The translations under genes and the position numbers were made by a program. A stretch of DNA of 38,876 nt from a virus, in IMG/VR virus record IMGVR_UViG_3300033997_000186, positions 1 to 38,876 of that record; one strand, given 5' to 3'. Under the pieces are notes generated by a model, which saw only the letters and a list, made by a program, of their open reading frames with translations, did no database searches and was not told where the DNA came from. This document shows, piece after piece, positions 1 to 7,647 of the stretch (position 1 is its first letter; every line of letters begins with the position of its first letter).

Positions 1-127
1 TTCTGGTTGAGGCGGTAGCGCTTCGACCGCTCGGCCGACAGGCGCTTGGCGCGGTCTTCTTTCGACTCGCCTGGCACCGCGTAGAAATGGTCGCGCAGGG
101 CCTCTTTCGATTTCGGGATAGGGTCGC
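1..127. repeat. Terminal overlap: bases 1-127 are identical to 38750-38876 (circular-assembly overlap, unique length 38749 bp)
   Basis: Direct comparison of the first and last 127 nt shows an exact match. The length equals a common de Bruijn k-mer size. Confidence 0.95.
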
Positions 128-167
128 TTTTGTCCGAGGAGTGGACCAGGCGCAGCGCAGCACTCAT
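1..167 (-). CDS. 5' part of an early ORF that spans the circular junction (continues from 38749 down to 38452; about 154 aa in total)
   Basis: An in-frame ATG at 165-167 (minus strand) overlaps the TGA of the upstream gene (ATGA coupling). The frame stays open through base 1 into the 38452..38826 ORF once the overlap is collapsed. Confidence 0.6.
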   Translation of the reverse strand, partial: MSAALRLVHSSDKSDPIPKSKEALRDHFYAVPGESKEDRAKRLSAERSKRYRLNQ

Positions 168-763
168 AGGGTTTCACCGTTCAACTTGGCCAGGAGCAAC
201 AGCGGCAGCGGGCGACCGGTGCCAGTCGACAAGGCCACCAGCTCGTTGAACATCGCGGCGATAGCCTCGGCGCCCTCTGTGAGCATTTCGTCGACCTGGT
301 CCGGGTCGTCGGTGTGGTCGTACTTGCCGTCGTGCGCCGGGGCGCTGGCGGCGAGGAAGTCACCAACCGCCTGCGTGACTTCACCCAAGCGAGCACGCGC
401 GGCAGGAACACCTACCAGGCCAACGAGCTCATGGATTCGGACGTCGAAACAGCCAGCCATGGCCAACAGCTCGGAGCGGGCGGCCTTCTGGTAGTCCTCG
501 GGCAGGCAGGAGAGCCAGGCCCATTTCCATTCCAGGGGGAACGGCTGGGTTTCGTGGAAAATGCGGGATACACGCTGCGCCCACGCCTTGCGGGTGCGCT
601 GGTAGGCCTCGATATCGGCTGGCTCCTCCATGGGGTCAATCAACCCCGCGGCCGCCAGTGCTGGCGCCAAGCGCTCGCTTGCGAAGCGCTCTAGTGACCA
701 GTCCGAATGGGCAAACCATCGGCTAGTCTGATCGACAACCACGTCGCGTTCTGTCCGAGTCAT
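164..763 (-). CDS. First gene of the leftward early operon, divergent from cI. Hypothetical; possibly a CII/YdaT-like regulator.
   Basis: ORF track 164..808. I prefer the ATG at 763, which is preceded by GGAAAGG. There is a weak by-eye resemblance to the YdaT / 186 CII pattern (W..R....ET.P.P.E....L.LPED). No Cro-sized ORF is present. Confidence 0.6.
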   Translation of the reverse strand: MTRTERDVVVDQTSRWFAHSDWSLERFASERLAPALAAAGLIDPMEEPADIEAYQRTRKAWAQRVSRIFHETQPFPLEWKWAWLSCLPEDYQKAARSELLAMAGCFDVRIHELVGLVGVPAARARLGEVTQAVGDFLAASAPAHDGKYDHTDDPDQVDEMLTEGAEAIAAMFNELVALSTGTGRPLPLLLLAKLNGETL

Positions 764-811
764 ATAGCACCTTTCCCTGAAAAATGGGTCGCATGTATCC
801 CTGCCCACATT

Positions 812-856
812 CTCTATATATCGAGCAAAAACGCAAATAAATTCTTATATATCGAG
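812..856. promoter_or_regulatory. Candidate repressor operators in the cI / early-operon divergent region
   Basis: CTCTATATATCGAG (812-825) is a 14-bp near-palindrome. TCTTATATATCGAG (843-856) shares an identical 11-mer, TATATATCGAG, 31 bp away. Both are AT-rich in a GC-rich genome. Confidence 0.5.
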
Positions 857-911
857 TGGTGCCGCTAGGCATTCCGAGGGGAAAATAATGCTTAGAAAAG
901 GAGAGGGAACC

Positions 912-1577
912 ATGCAACGCGATTTCACAATCGGCACCGCAATACGGACGCGGCGGCAAGCCCTTGGATGGTCGCTGCAGCGCCTGATCGACGCCTCGAA
1001 TTTGGAGATGTCGACCGGCCACCTAGCGACCCTAGAAACGAAGGACGTCGCCCCGAGCGTCTATGTCGCCGACGCACTGGCGAAAGGCCTGGGGACGACC
1101 GTCGACATACTGCTCAAAGAGGCGAGGAATCCGAATGGATTCACAGCGCCCAGCGAGCACGCCCAGCGCGTGCCTGTCATACCGTGGGCGCTGGCAGCCG
1201 AATGGGTGAAGAACCCCGACCCTACAAGGCTTCCAGCCGGTACAGCATGGGTGATGCCGCCCGAGTCGCCAGCGGGCCGGGTGTTCGCTATGACAGTGCG
1301 CGATGAAGGCATGCAGGCGCCGACCGGTGTCAGCTTCCCGCCTGGCTATACGATTTTCGTCGACCCTGCTCGAAAGCCGGTTGCCAATGATTTCCTGGTC
1401 GCTCACCTGAGCGACCAGGCCGCGCCCGTGTTCAAAAAACTGACACTCGACGGTTCGGCGTACTATTTGCGCGCACTAAACCCGCAGTTCCCCATGGTCC
1501 AGGTCGGTGATACATTCGAGAGCATTGGTGTCGTCGTCGGCCTGCGTGCTGGCTTCGACAAAGGGGGGATTCTATAA
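912..1577 (+). CDS. cI: Lambda-CI-type prophage repressor (XRE HTH plus S24/LexA-like C-terminal domain; nucleophile Ser replaced by Gly)
   Basis: The C-terminal half aligns by eye to lambda CI: VRDEGMQAPTG..FPPGYTIFVDP...FKKL...LNPQFPM versus VEGNSMTAPTG..FPDGMLILVDP...FKKL...LNPQYPM. There is an alternative ATG at 888. Confidence 0.9.
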   Translation: MQRDFTIGTAIRTRRQALGWSLQRLIDASNLEMSTGHLATLETKDVAPSVYVADALAKGLGTTVDILLKEARNPNGFTAPSEHAQRVPVIPWALAAEWVKNPDPTRLPAGTAWVMPPESPAGRVFAMTVRDEGMQAPTGVSFPPGYTIFVDPARKPVANDFLVAHLSDQAAPVFKKLTLDGSAYYLRALNPQFPMVQVGDTFESIGVVVGLRAGFDKGGIL

Positions 1578-1664
1578 AAAGAGTGCGCCAGTCTTCTAAA
1601 TATAGAGAGGACGACGTAAAGTAGCGGGGCTACCCGCTAACGAGCTGTATTTTTTCAAAAGTGA

Positions 1665-1706
1665 GAAAGACAAAAGGCCGGGAGGCTTTAGCAACCCCCC
1701 GGCCTT
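1665..1706 (-). terminator. Orphan rho-independent-type terminator oriented on the minus strand in the cI-repA spacer
   Basis: A 9-bp stem (AAGGCCGGG 1674-1682 / CCCGGCCTT 1698-1706) is followed on the minus strand by TTTTGTCTTTCTC. No minus-strand CDS lies upstream of it. Confidence 0.35.
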
Positions 1707-1840
1707 CGCGATAGACGCACACCTTGCGGTGCCAAATCTGAGCAATCGGTTATCTGTTTTAGCGGGCAGACGACACGATCAAAACCACGAACTTCGACGT
1801 TCAGTGCTCAGTTTAGGCCCATGCGCACCCGCGTCAATCG

Positions 1841-1910
1841 TTTGTACTTTTTTACTTTTGTACTTTTGACCAAAGGGACAAAATGACAAACGTACAAAAG
1901 GACAAGGGCC
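1841..1910. repeat. Array A of 8-bp units (4 x TTTTGTAC-type then 5 x AAAAGGAC-type), overlapping the repA RBS and start codon
   Basis: tttgtac ttttttac ttttgtac ttttgacc aaagggac aaaatgac aaacgtac aaaaggac aagggcc, with a strict 8-bp register. Confidence 0.7.
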
Positions 1911-4900
1911 TGGCCGGCTTTTACGAGGAGCGGTTTAACTCCGACCCGTACAGCCTCATGGCTTACTTCGACGCTCAGATCAGCGCTGCAGCTGCTGACG
2001 TCTCTCTAAAGTGGTCTTCCGTCTCCAGCGCCGTGCGCCTCAACGGCAAGCCGCTGGCCAAGTATTCAAAAACCAAACCTGTTGCCCTCGAAACCCGTTA
2101 CCACGGGAAGGTGATGGTTTGGGGCGAGGTGAAGGAGACCGCCGCCAAGGACGACCTGGCCGAATTTGAATACCCGTTCCTCACCTTCTCGAACAACGTC
2201 ACCGGGTCGAGCACCTGGTCAGGCTTTACTGCGCTCCTCGAACTTTACAAGGATTCCCGCGGTGTCGTCTCTGACGATCGCCACCGCAAATGGCAGGCCG
2301 AGCAGGAAAAGCGGCGCGCCGAGCGTGAAGCCAAGCGCGAGGCCGAAGAAGCGGCCGAGCGCATTCGTGCCGAGCGCGTGGAAAAAGAGCTGGCGGCGTA
2401 CAAGCACGCTTGGCTGACCGGCGAGCGCGGCGAATTCGACTACGAAGGCACCAGCCGCGGCCGCGCCTACATCGGGCGCGGGTTTGTCGAGGTCCTGGGC
2501 GAGGAGGACGGCAGCTCTCCTTACTTGCAGGCGAAACAGATTTCTGACGTAGCGTCACGCTTCAAAATGTTGAAAATGCGTGACCGTCACGGTGAATTCA
2601 CCGCCGTTCCTCTCTACGATGCCTATCGAAATTTCCTCGGCCTGCAGCGCCTCTATGCTGACAAAAAGCTGCAGGGGACCGGCGTCAAGATGGCTGGCGC
2701 CCATTGCATCCTGGGCGACCTGGAAACCGCGCAGGTCCGTTTCGCGGTCGAAGGTTTCGCAACCGGCGCCAGCATCTACCTGGCAGAGCTCGAGGCCGGC
2801 CGTAACGTTGCGGTCGTCGTGACCTTCAACGTCGACAACCTGGTAAAGGTGCTGCATGTCTATGACAAGCTGTATCCGGCCTGGCGCTTCTGGAATGGCG
2901 CCGACAATGACCAGTGGAAGACCTCAGGCAATGCCGGCTTGCTGGCGGCCCTGGAAGTGCATAAAGAGCTGCAGCACCCTGGCATCGTTCCGCAGTTCAA
3001 GCTGACCGAGGAGCAGATCGCCGAGGCCAAGGCCACCGGCAAAGGTCCGACCGACTGGAACGACTTCCACGTCCTCTACGGCCTGAAAGCCACAGCCAAG
3101 GCTCTGCATGCCCGCGCCAGCGTGTTTCACGCCCAAAAAGACTGGTTCAGCTACTGCCTGCAGCGCGTCGAGCGCAGCGGGCGTTTCGCCGAGAAGGCCG
3201 CGAAAATGGCGATCAGCGGCGGCATGAACCTGGTCCCGATCAAGTACAGCACCGACGACGTCATTCGAGCGGTGCTCGAGGTGCTTCCCGCCGTGGCACC
3301 GGTCGAGCTGCGCACGAAGCTGCGTAGCCTGGCCTTGTGGATCGCCAACCAGCGCCGCAACCAGGCCCAGCAGCTGCGCAGCTTCTCGCCTGACGCCTTG
3401 AACAAGCCATATGTGCAGTACATGCCTATCGCTGCAGTGCCGCACCCGGAGCACGGCAGCCCGATGCTTCCTGGCCACCTGGCCGACCTGGTCGAGAGCC
3501 TCGAGGGGACCATCATCGTTCGCGCCCCAATGGGCAGCGGCAAAACCGAGGACCTGATCGCACCCGTACTGCAGGCGTCGACCAAAGGCGCTTATATCGC
3601 CCACCGAATTTCCCTGATGGATGATGCCACCGCCCGCTTGAACCTGGACCGCGAAGGCAACCAGGTCGACGCCAAAGTCGAGCATTACCAGCTGGTCAAC
3701 GCCTGGCAGATGCCCTACGTCTCGCACCTGACCTGCTGCGTCAACAGCCTGACCAACAAGAAATTTTACAACGCCGAGGACCGCAGCTGGTTTACCACTC
3801 TCGAAACCATCTGCATCGACGAAGCGAGCCAGGTTCTGCGCCATGTCACCTCAGGCCCGGTAGAGGGCCGCGTGCGCGTCATGGACGCACTGATCGAGGC
3901 CGTCAGCTCGGCCAAGCGCGTCGTACTGTGCGACGCCGACGCCAATGACTCGGTTATCGAGTTCTGTGCCTTGGCGCGTCCTGGTCAGATCATCACCGTT
4001 ATCGATATCCAGGGGCAGAACAAGCAAATTCGCGTCGACCACGGCGACGACGAAAGCGTCTGGCAGCTGGCGATCGACAAGATCAGCGAAGGCCGTCGGG
4101 TGATGGTTGCCAACGACTCGGCCGAGAGTGCAAAGAAAATGGCGGCCCTCATTGAGCAGATGGTCGAAGCCGGCGAAATGCCCGAGCGGCGAATGCTCCT
4201 GGTACACGCTGACAGCAAGGCCGACCCGGACGTCGAGGCGTTCCTCAGCGACCCGAAAAGCGAGGCCCTCAAGTATGACGTGCTGATCTACTCGCCCGCT
4301 ATTTCGTCGGGCGTCTCGATGAATCAGGCGCATTTCGAGTGCCATTTCGGCCTGTTCAGTGGCAACTCTGTCGGGCCATCCGACGCCCTGCAGATGCTTC
4401 GCCGCGATCGGACGGCAACCCACTACATCATCGGCATCGGCCACAGCTCGAGCCAGCGGGAAACGAACCCCGAGGTTATGTATCGGGGCATGATGGTGCT
4501 CGAGGAGCTGGCCTGCCAGATCGAGAACACCCCCGAGGAATTTCGCGTCGTGCGCAAAAAGACTGCATTCGACAAGGTCTATCTGTCGACTGTGACCTCT
4601 GAGAACCGCGCCCGCGCCAACTTTGCCAACAACCTGCTGCTGATGCTCGAGGCCGAGGGCTACCTAGTCCAGCGGCTCGACCTGCAGGGCGCCGAGGAGG
4701 AGCTCGCCGAGCTGTCCAGGATCAATCGCAAGTTCGCCGCCGAGCTGGTTTTCAGCAAGCGTATGGACTTGATCGAAAGCGTAACCACCCCCGACGAAGC
4801 CGAATTCTTGCGCCTCAACCGCCAGGAAGTGCGCAGCGAGGCCGAGAGTGCCCGCGTCGATCGCTACCACATTGAGCACCAGCTCTGCGTGGACGATATC

Positions 4901-5731
4901 AGCGCCACCGACGTCGCTTTCTACGATGATCGCGGTATCGACAAGGTGCGCGCCCTGGAGCTGCTGCAGTCCACTGCCGAGCAGGCCAAGGGTTACGACC
5001 TCGCCCAACGCAAGGCGCGGTCGGTCCTCACGCAGCATCGATTCAAGGCAGCTCCTCGCGCCATGCTCGAGGAGATTTTCGCCATCCTGACCCTGGACCG
5101 CATGACAGGCCTCGGGGAGTTCAACAGCGACCAGTGCCGCGAGGTCCGGGACCTGATCAAGTCCGACCAGGACACGCTGGATATCTACAATACCCTCAAG
5201 CTCGGCCGCTACATCCCGACGCTGGCCTCTAAGGTCTGCGCCACCACGCTTGTGAAATCGATCCTCGACCGCCTGGGCCTCACCACGAAAAAGCGTAAGA
5301 CGAACGGCCAGAACCTTTACCAGCTCAACATGGATAATTGGCACTTCGTTATGGGCTACTTACAGCGCCGCGCTGCCCGAAACGTCCACTCCCTGGCTGC
5401 CCATGAGCATGAAACCACGCACCAGCCCCTGCTGGCCCCTGAGGAGCCCGCAGATGCACCTGCGTATGTGTTCGCTGAAAGCAGGGACACTTTGCATTGT
5501 GAGGGTGTAAGCACAGATGAAAAGTATCCCTTGGAGGTAATCGAGCGGATTTGTGCTGTTGCTTCGCTTTGCGAGCTCCCCCCCGGTATCTCTGTTGCCC
5601 GCCTGGTGGGGGCGCTCAGCCCGGACCTGGTCAACCAGGTGACGGGGCCGAACGCGGACATGGCGGCCGCCAAGTGGACGTTGGATTATGCGGCGCGATT
5701 ACTTAGCCAGGAGACGCGGTATACTGTATGA
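1883..5731 (+). CDS. repA: RepA-like replication protein (Toprim primase domain plus helicase/NTPase), N15 RepA type
   Basis: 1282 aa. Toprim-like motifs EGFATGAS and ADND. Walker A (APMGSGKTE) and Walker B (ICIDEASQ). Position next to cI and telN matches other telomere phages. Confidence 0.85.
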   Translation: MTNVQKDKGLAGFYEERFNSDPYSLMAYFDAQISAAAADVSLKWSSVSSAVRLNGKPLAKYSKTKPVALETRYHGKVMVWGEVKETAAKDDLAEFEYPFLTFSNNVTGSSTWSGFTALLELYKDSRGVVSDDRHRKWQAEQEKRRAEREAKREAEEAAERIRAERVEKELAAYKHAWLTGERGEFDYEGTSRGRAYIGRGFVEVLGEEDGSSPYLQAKQISDVASRFKMLKMRDRHGEFTAVPLYDAYRNFLGLQRLYADKKLQGTGVKMAGAHCILGDLETAQVRFAVEGFATGASIYLAELEAGRNVAVVVTFNVDNLVKVLHVYDKLYPAWRFWNGADNDQWKTSGNAGLLAALEVHKELQHPGIVPQFKLTEEQIAEAKATGKGPTDWNDFHVLYGLKATAKALHARASVFHAQKDWFSYCLQRVERSGRFAEKAAKMAISGGMNLVPIKYSTDDVIRAVLEVLPAVAPVELRTKLRSLALWIANQRRNQAQQLRSFSPDALNKPYVQYMPIAAVPHPEHGSPMLPGHLADLVESLEGTIIVRAPMGSGKTEDLIAPVLQASTKGAYIAHRISLMDDATARLNLDREGNQVDAKVEHYQLVNAWQMPYVSHLTCCVNSLTNKKFYNAEDRSWFTTLETICIDEASQVLRHVTSGPVEGRVRVMDALIEAVSSAKRVVLCDADANDSVIEFCALARPGQIITVIDIQGQNKQIRVDHGDDESVWQLAIDKISEGRRVMVANDSAESAKKMAALIEQMVEAGEMPERRMLLVHADSKADPDVEAFLSDPKSEALKYDVLIYSPAISSGVSMNQAHFECHFGLFSGNSVGPSDALQMLRRDRTATHYIIGIGHSSSQRETNPEVMYRGMMVLEELACQIENTPEEFRVVRKKTAFDKVYLSTVTSENRARANFANNLLLMLEAEGYLVQRLDLQGAEEELAELSRINRKFAAELVFSKRMDLIESVTTPDEAEFLRLNRQEVRSEAESARVDRYHIEHQLCVDDISATDVAFYDDRGIDKVRALELLQSTAEQAKGYDLAQRKARSVLTQHRFKAAPRAMLEEIFAILTLDRMTGLGEFNSDQCREVRDLIKSDQDTLDIYNTLKLGRYIPTLASKVCATTLVKSILDRLGLTTKKRKTNGQNLYQLNMDNWHFVMGYLQRRAARNVHSLAAHEHETTHQPLLAPEEPADAPAYVFAESRDTLHCEGVSTDEKYPLEVIERICAVASLCELPPGISVARLVGALSPDLVNQVTGPNADMAAAKWTLDYAARLLSQETRYTV

Positions 5732-5741
5732 AAGTACAGTA
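5722..5741. promoter_or_regulatory. LexA (SOS) box TACTGTATGAAAGTACAGTA
   Basis: CTGT-N8-ACAG with flanking TA...TA. It matches 16/20 positions of the E. coli-type consensus TACTGTATATATATACAGTA. It overlaps the repA stop codon and lies 34 nt upstream of the SD of ORF 5775..6059. Confidence 0.8.
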
Positions 5742-5774
5742 GTGGCTTTTTAACACTAAGGGGAGGGATTCACC

Positions 5775-6059
5775 TTGCAGTGCCAGGAAAAAATGGACCG
5801 AGCGTCCGAGCAACTCAGTCGCGCCAAGTCGGCGCTTAGTTTGGCCATGAAGGCCGGTATGGAAGCAACACGAGGTGAACTGCTGGACGTTATCGCCGCG
5901 GTATTCGAGAGGGTGGAGGGAGCAGAGACGGCACTGCGAGCAGGAGAAAACAAGGATGCCCAGCCGGGGCAGTTGACCCCAGCTGGTTCGAGAACTGATG
6001 CGGTGCAAAATCAGTTGCGGGTTGTTCCTTTCGCCGCCAGCGCCAGCAGCGCGTCATAA
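5775..6059 (+). CDS. Small ORF between repA and telN; candidate SOS-controlled antirepressor / induction factor
   Basis: A strong SD (AAGGGGAGGG, 5759-5768) sits 6 nt before a TTG at 5775, with an in-frame ATG at 5793. Predicted to be helical and acidic. The 3' end overlaps the telN 3' end convergently. Confidence 0.5.
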   Translation: MQCQEKMDRASEQLSRAKSALSLAMKAGMEATRGELLDVIAAVFERVEGAETALRAGENKDAQPGQLTPAGSRTDAVQNQLRVVPFAASASSAS

Positions 6060-7645
6060 GCACCCGCTTTGCTGTCACCGTCCGCCCTGGCGATTTCCAC
6101 GCCATTGAGTCGGGCGACAGCGACCCAGCGGCCAGCGTCCTCTGTCACCGAGATACGCGGCTTAGCATTGACCACCTCTGCCGGAACAGCCGGCGCGACC
6201 GCTCGACTTGAGCGGTTCGGGGTCGCCAGGGCTTCACTGGCCATAGCCAGGTAGTCCTTGATCGCTTGCCGGTGGCTGCCTACGTTCACAGAGATTGCTT
6301 TCTGCGAGATAAGGACGTCAGGCGAGGCGGCCACAGCTTGTTTCACCCATGCGTGAATACGCTGCGAAGCAACACCGCCCGCGGCTTGTTCGTCGAGCGC
6401 CTCGAGCGCCTCGAGCCGGCTGCCGTACTTGCTTTCGGGCTCGGCCGGGACGTCGTTGGTGTAAGTGATCTTGAAAGCCTTGTAGCTCTCCTGGGTGTCC
6501 ATGTCTTCATGGCCCAGCATTTCCCGCCAGAACACCGTTTCGTTGACGCTTTTCCAGCGTGCATCCCGCGTGAAATGAGTCTCGAAAACGATCCTCGCCC
6601 ATATCGCCCGGCTGTCCTTGAACACGCGATCGGGGCTGCCCAGCACCCGCTTGGCCACGGTGTTTAGGGTCTTGGCCACACGCCGGTTTACCTCGATGTT
6701 GTCCAGGTGCTGCAGCTCCAGGACTTCGGGCAGCACCCGCAGGCGCTCGAGCGCCTCGAGCACCAGGTCAGCCTTGAGCAGGGTGTAGATGCGGTAGCTC
6801 GAGCCGTAATCGACCCCGTTCCGGCGCTTGGCCTGTCCGCTGAATTCGAGCTCATACTCGCCGGCCTTCTCGAAGCGGCCGAGCTTGAGCACCTCGATTT
6901 CACGGCGGCCCGTGACCATCGCCAGCCCCATCGCCAGCGACGAGAAGCGCTGCACCGGCTCGCCGTTGGCGCCGATTTCAGCGTCGGTCAGCAGGCGCTG
7001 CGCGGTGTCGACATACTGGTAATAGTTGACCTCGACAGTATTGGTCGCGCGCTCCTCAAGGGTGGCCGTGGCCATGGTGGCCAGCTCGGCCTTTGTGACC
7101 GCGGGCAGCACCAGATGCCGCATGATTTCGTGGTCCAGCTTCATCGCCTGGATAGCCTCGAAAGCGTCGTGGTCGCGGTCCTGGCGGATCTGCGCCAGCA
7201 GCTCGCGGTGCGCGAGCCGCAGCTCGGTGATGTTGTCCAGGTCGACCAGGGCGAGCAGCTGCTCGGCGTACCGCGGGTGATGCTTAGCCAGGCGCCTGGC
7301 CGACTCCTCAATGCCATGGTGGCGCCAGTTCTGCGCGGTCACGGCCTTGCGGACGAGGGTCAGGTAGCGGCGATAGCTCGACGGGCGCAGCTTGTCGTCG
7401 TCCTTGCGGCGCTTGTCCTCATACAGGCGCTTTTTCAGGCTCTCAGCGATGCGCGTGATGCGCTTCGTCTTCTCGCTGCGCGACATGTGCGGGTCGCTGT
7501 CCACCAGCCTGACGTCCTGCAGCATTTTGTCGATCATGGGCTGCAGCTCGACCTTTTGCCGAGTAGCCCCGCCGTAGTTGCCAAAGCTGGCGCGCTCCTG
7601 GTCCTGTCCCATCGCCTCATCACCCTTCGTCAGTTCGTCGCTCAT
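6011..7645 (-). CDS. telN: Protelomerase (telomere resolvase)
   Basis: Matches remembered N15 TelN blocks: TGRREIEV / SGRRMIEI, FSGQAKRR / FSGQAKKR, IYTL, VFKDSRAIWARIVFE / VYKDSRAIYARIAYE, RWK.V.E.VF..EMLGHEDMDTQESYKAFK / RWKNVDEDVFFMEILGHDDENTQLHYKQFK. I prefer the ATG at 7645 over the TTG at 7711. Confidence 0.95.
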   Translation of the reverse strand: MSDELTKGDEAMGQDQERASFGNYGGATRQKVELQPMIDKMLQDVRLVDSDPHMSRSEKTKRITRIAESLKKRLYEDKRRKDDDKLRPSSYRRYLTLVRKAVTAQNWRHHGIEESARRLAKHHPRYAEQLLALVDLDNITELRLAHRELLAQIRQDRDHDAFEAIQAMKLDHEIMRHLVLPAVTKAELATMATATLEERATNTVEVNYYQYVDTAQRLLTDAEIGANGEPVQRFSSLAMGLAMVTGRREIEVLKLGRFEKAGEYELEFSGQAKRRNGVDYGSSYRIYTLLKADLVLEALERLRVLPEVLELQHLDNIEVNRRVAKTLNTVAKRVLGSPDRVFKDSRAIWARIVFETHFTRDARWKSVNETVFWREMLGHEDMDTQESYKAFKITYTNDVPAEPESKYGSRLEALEALDEQAAGGVASQRIHAWVKQAVAASPDVLISQKAISVNVGSHRQAIKDYLAMASEALATPNRSSRAVAPAVPAEVVNAKPRISVTEDAGRWVAVARLNGVEIARADGDSKAGAYDALLALAAKGTTRN

Positions 7646-7647
7646 AC

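Noticed and set aside
1-127. The 127-bp identical ends, considered as true phage direct terminal repeats.
   Set aside because: The length equals a common assembler k-mer. The terminase is lambda gpA/Nu1-like, which implies cos packaging. An ORF also reads seamlessly across the collapsed junction. Only read-start or end-mapping data could prove this.
5713-5750. Hairpin TACTGTA...TACAGTA followed by GGCTTTTT, considered as a repA terminator.
   Set aside because: The stem is AT-rich and weak, and the T-run is separated from it. The sequence fits the LexA CTGT-N8-ACAG consensus far better. A minor terminator role cannot be excluded.
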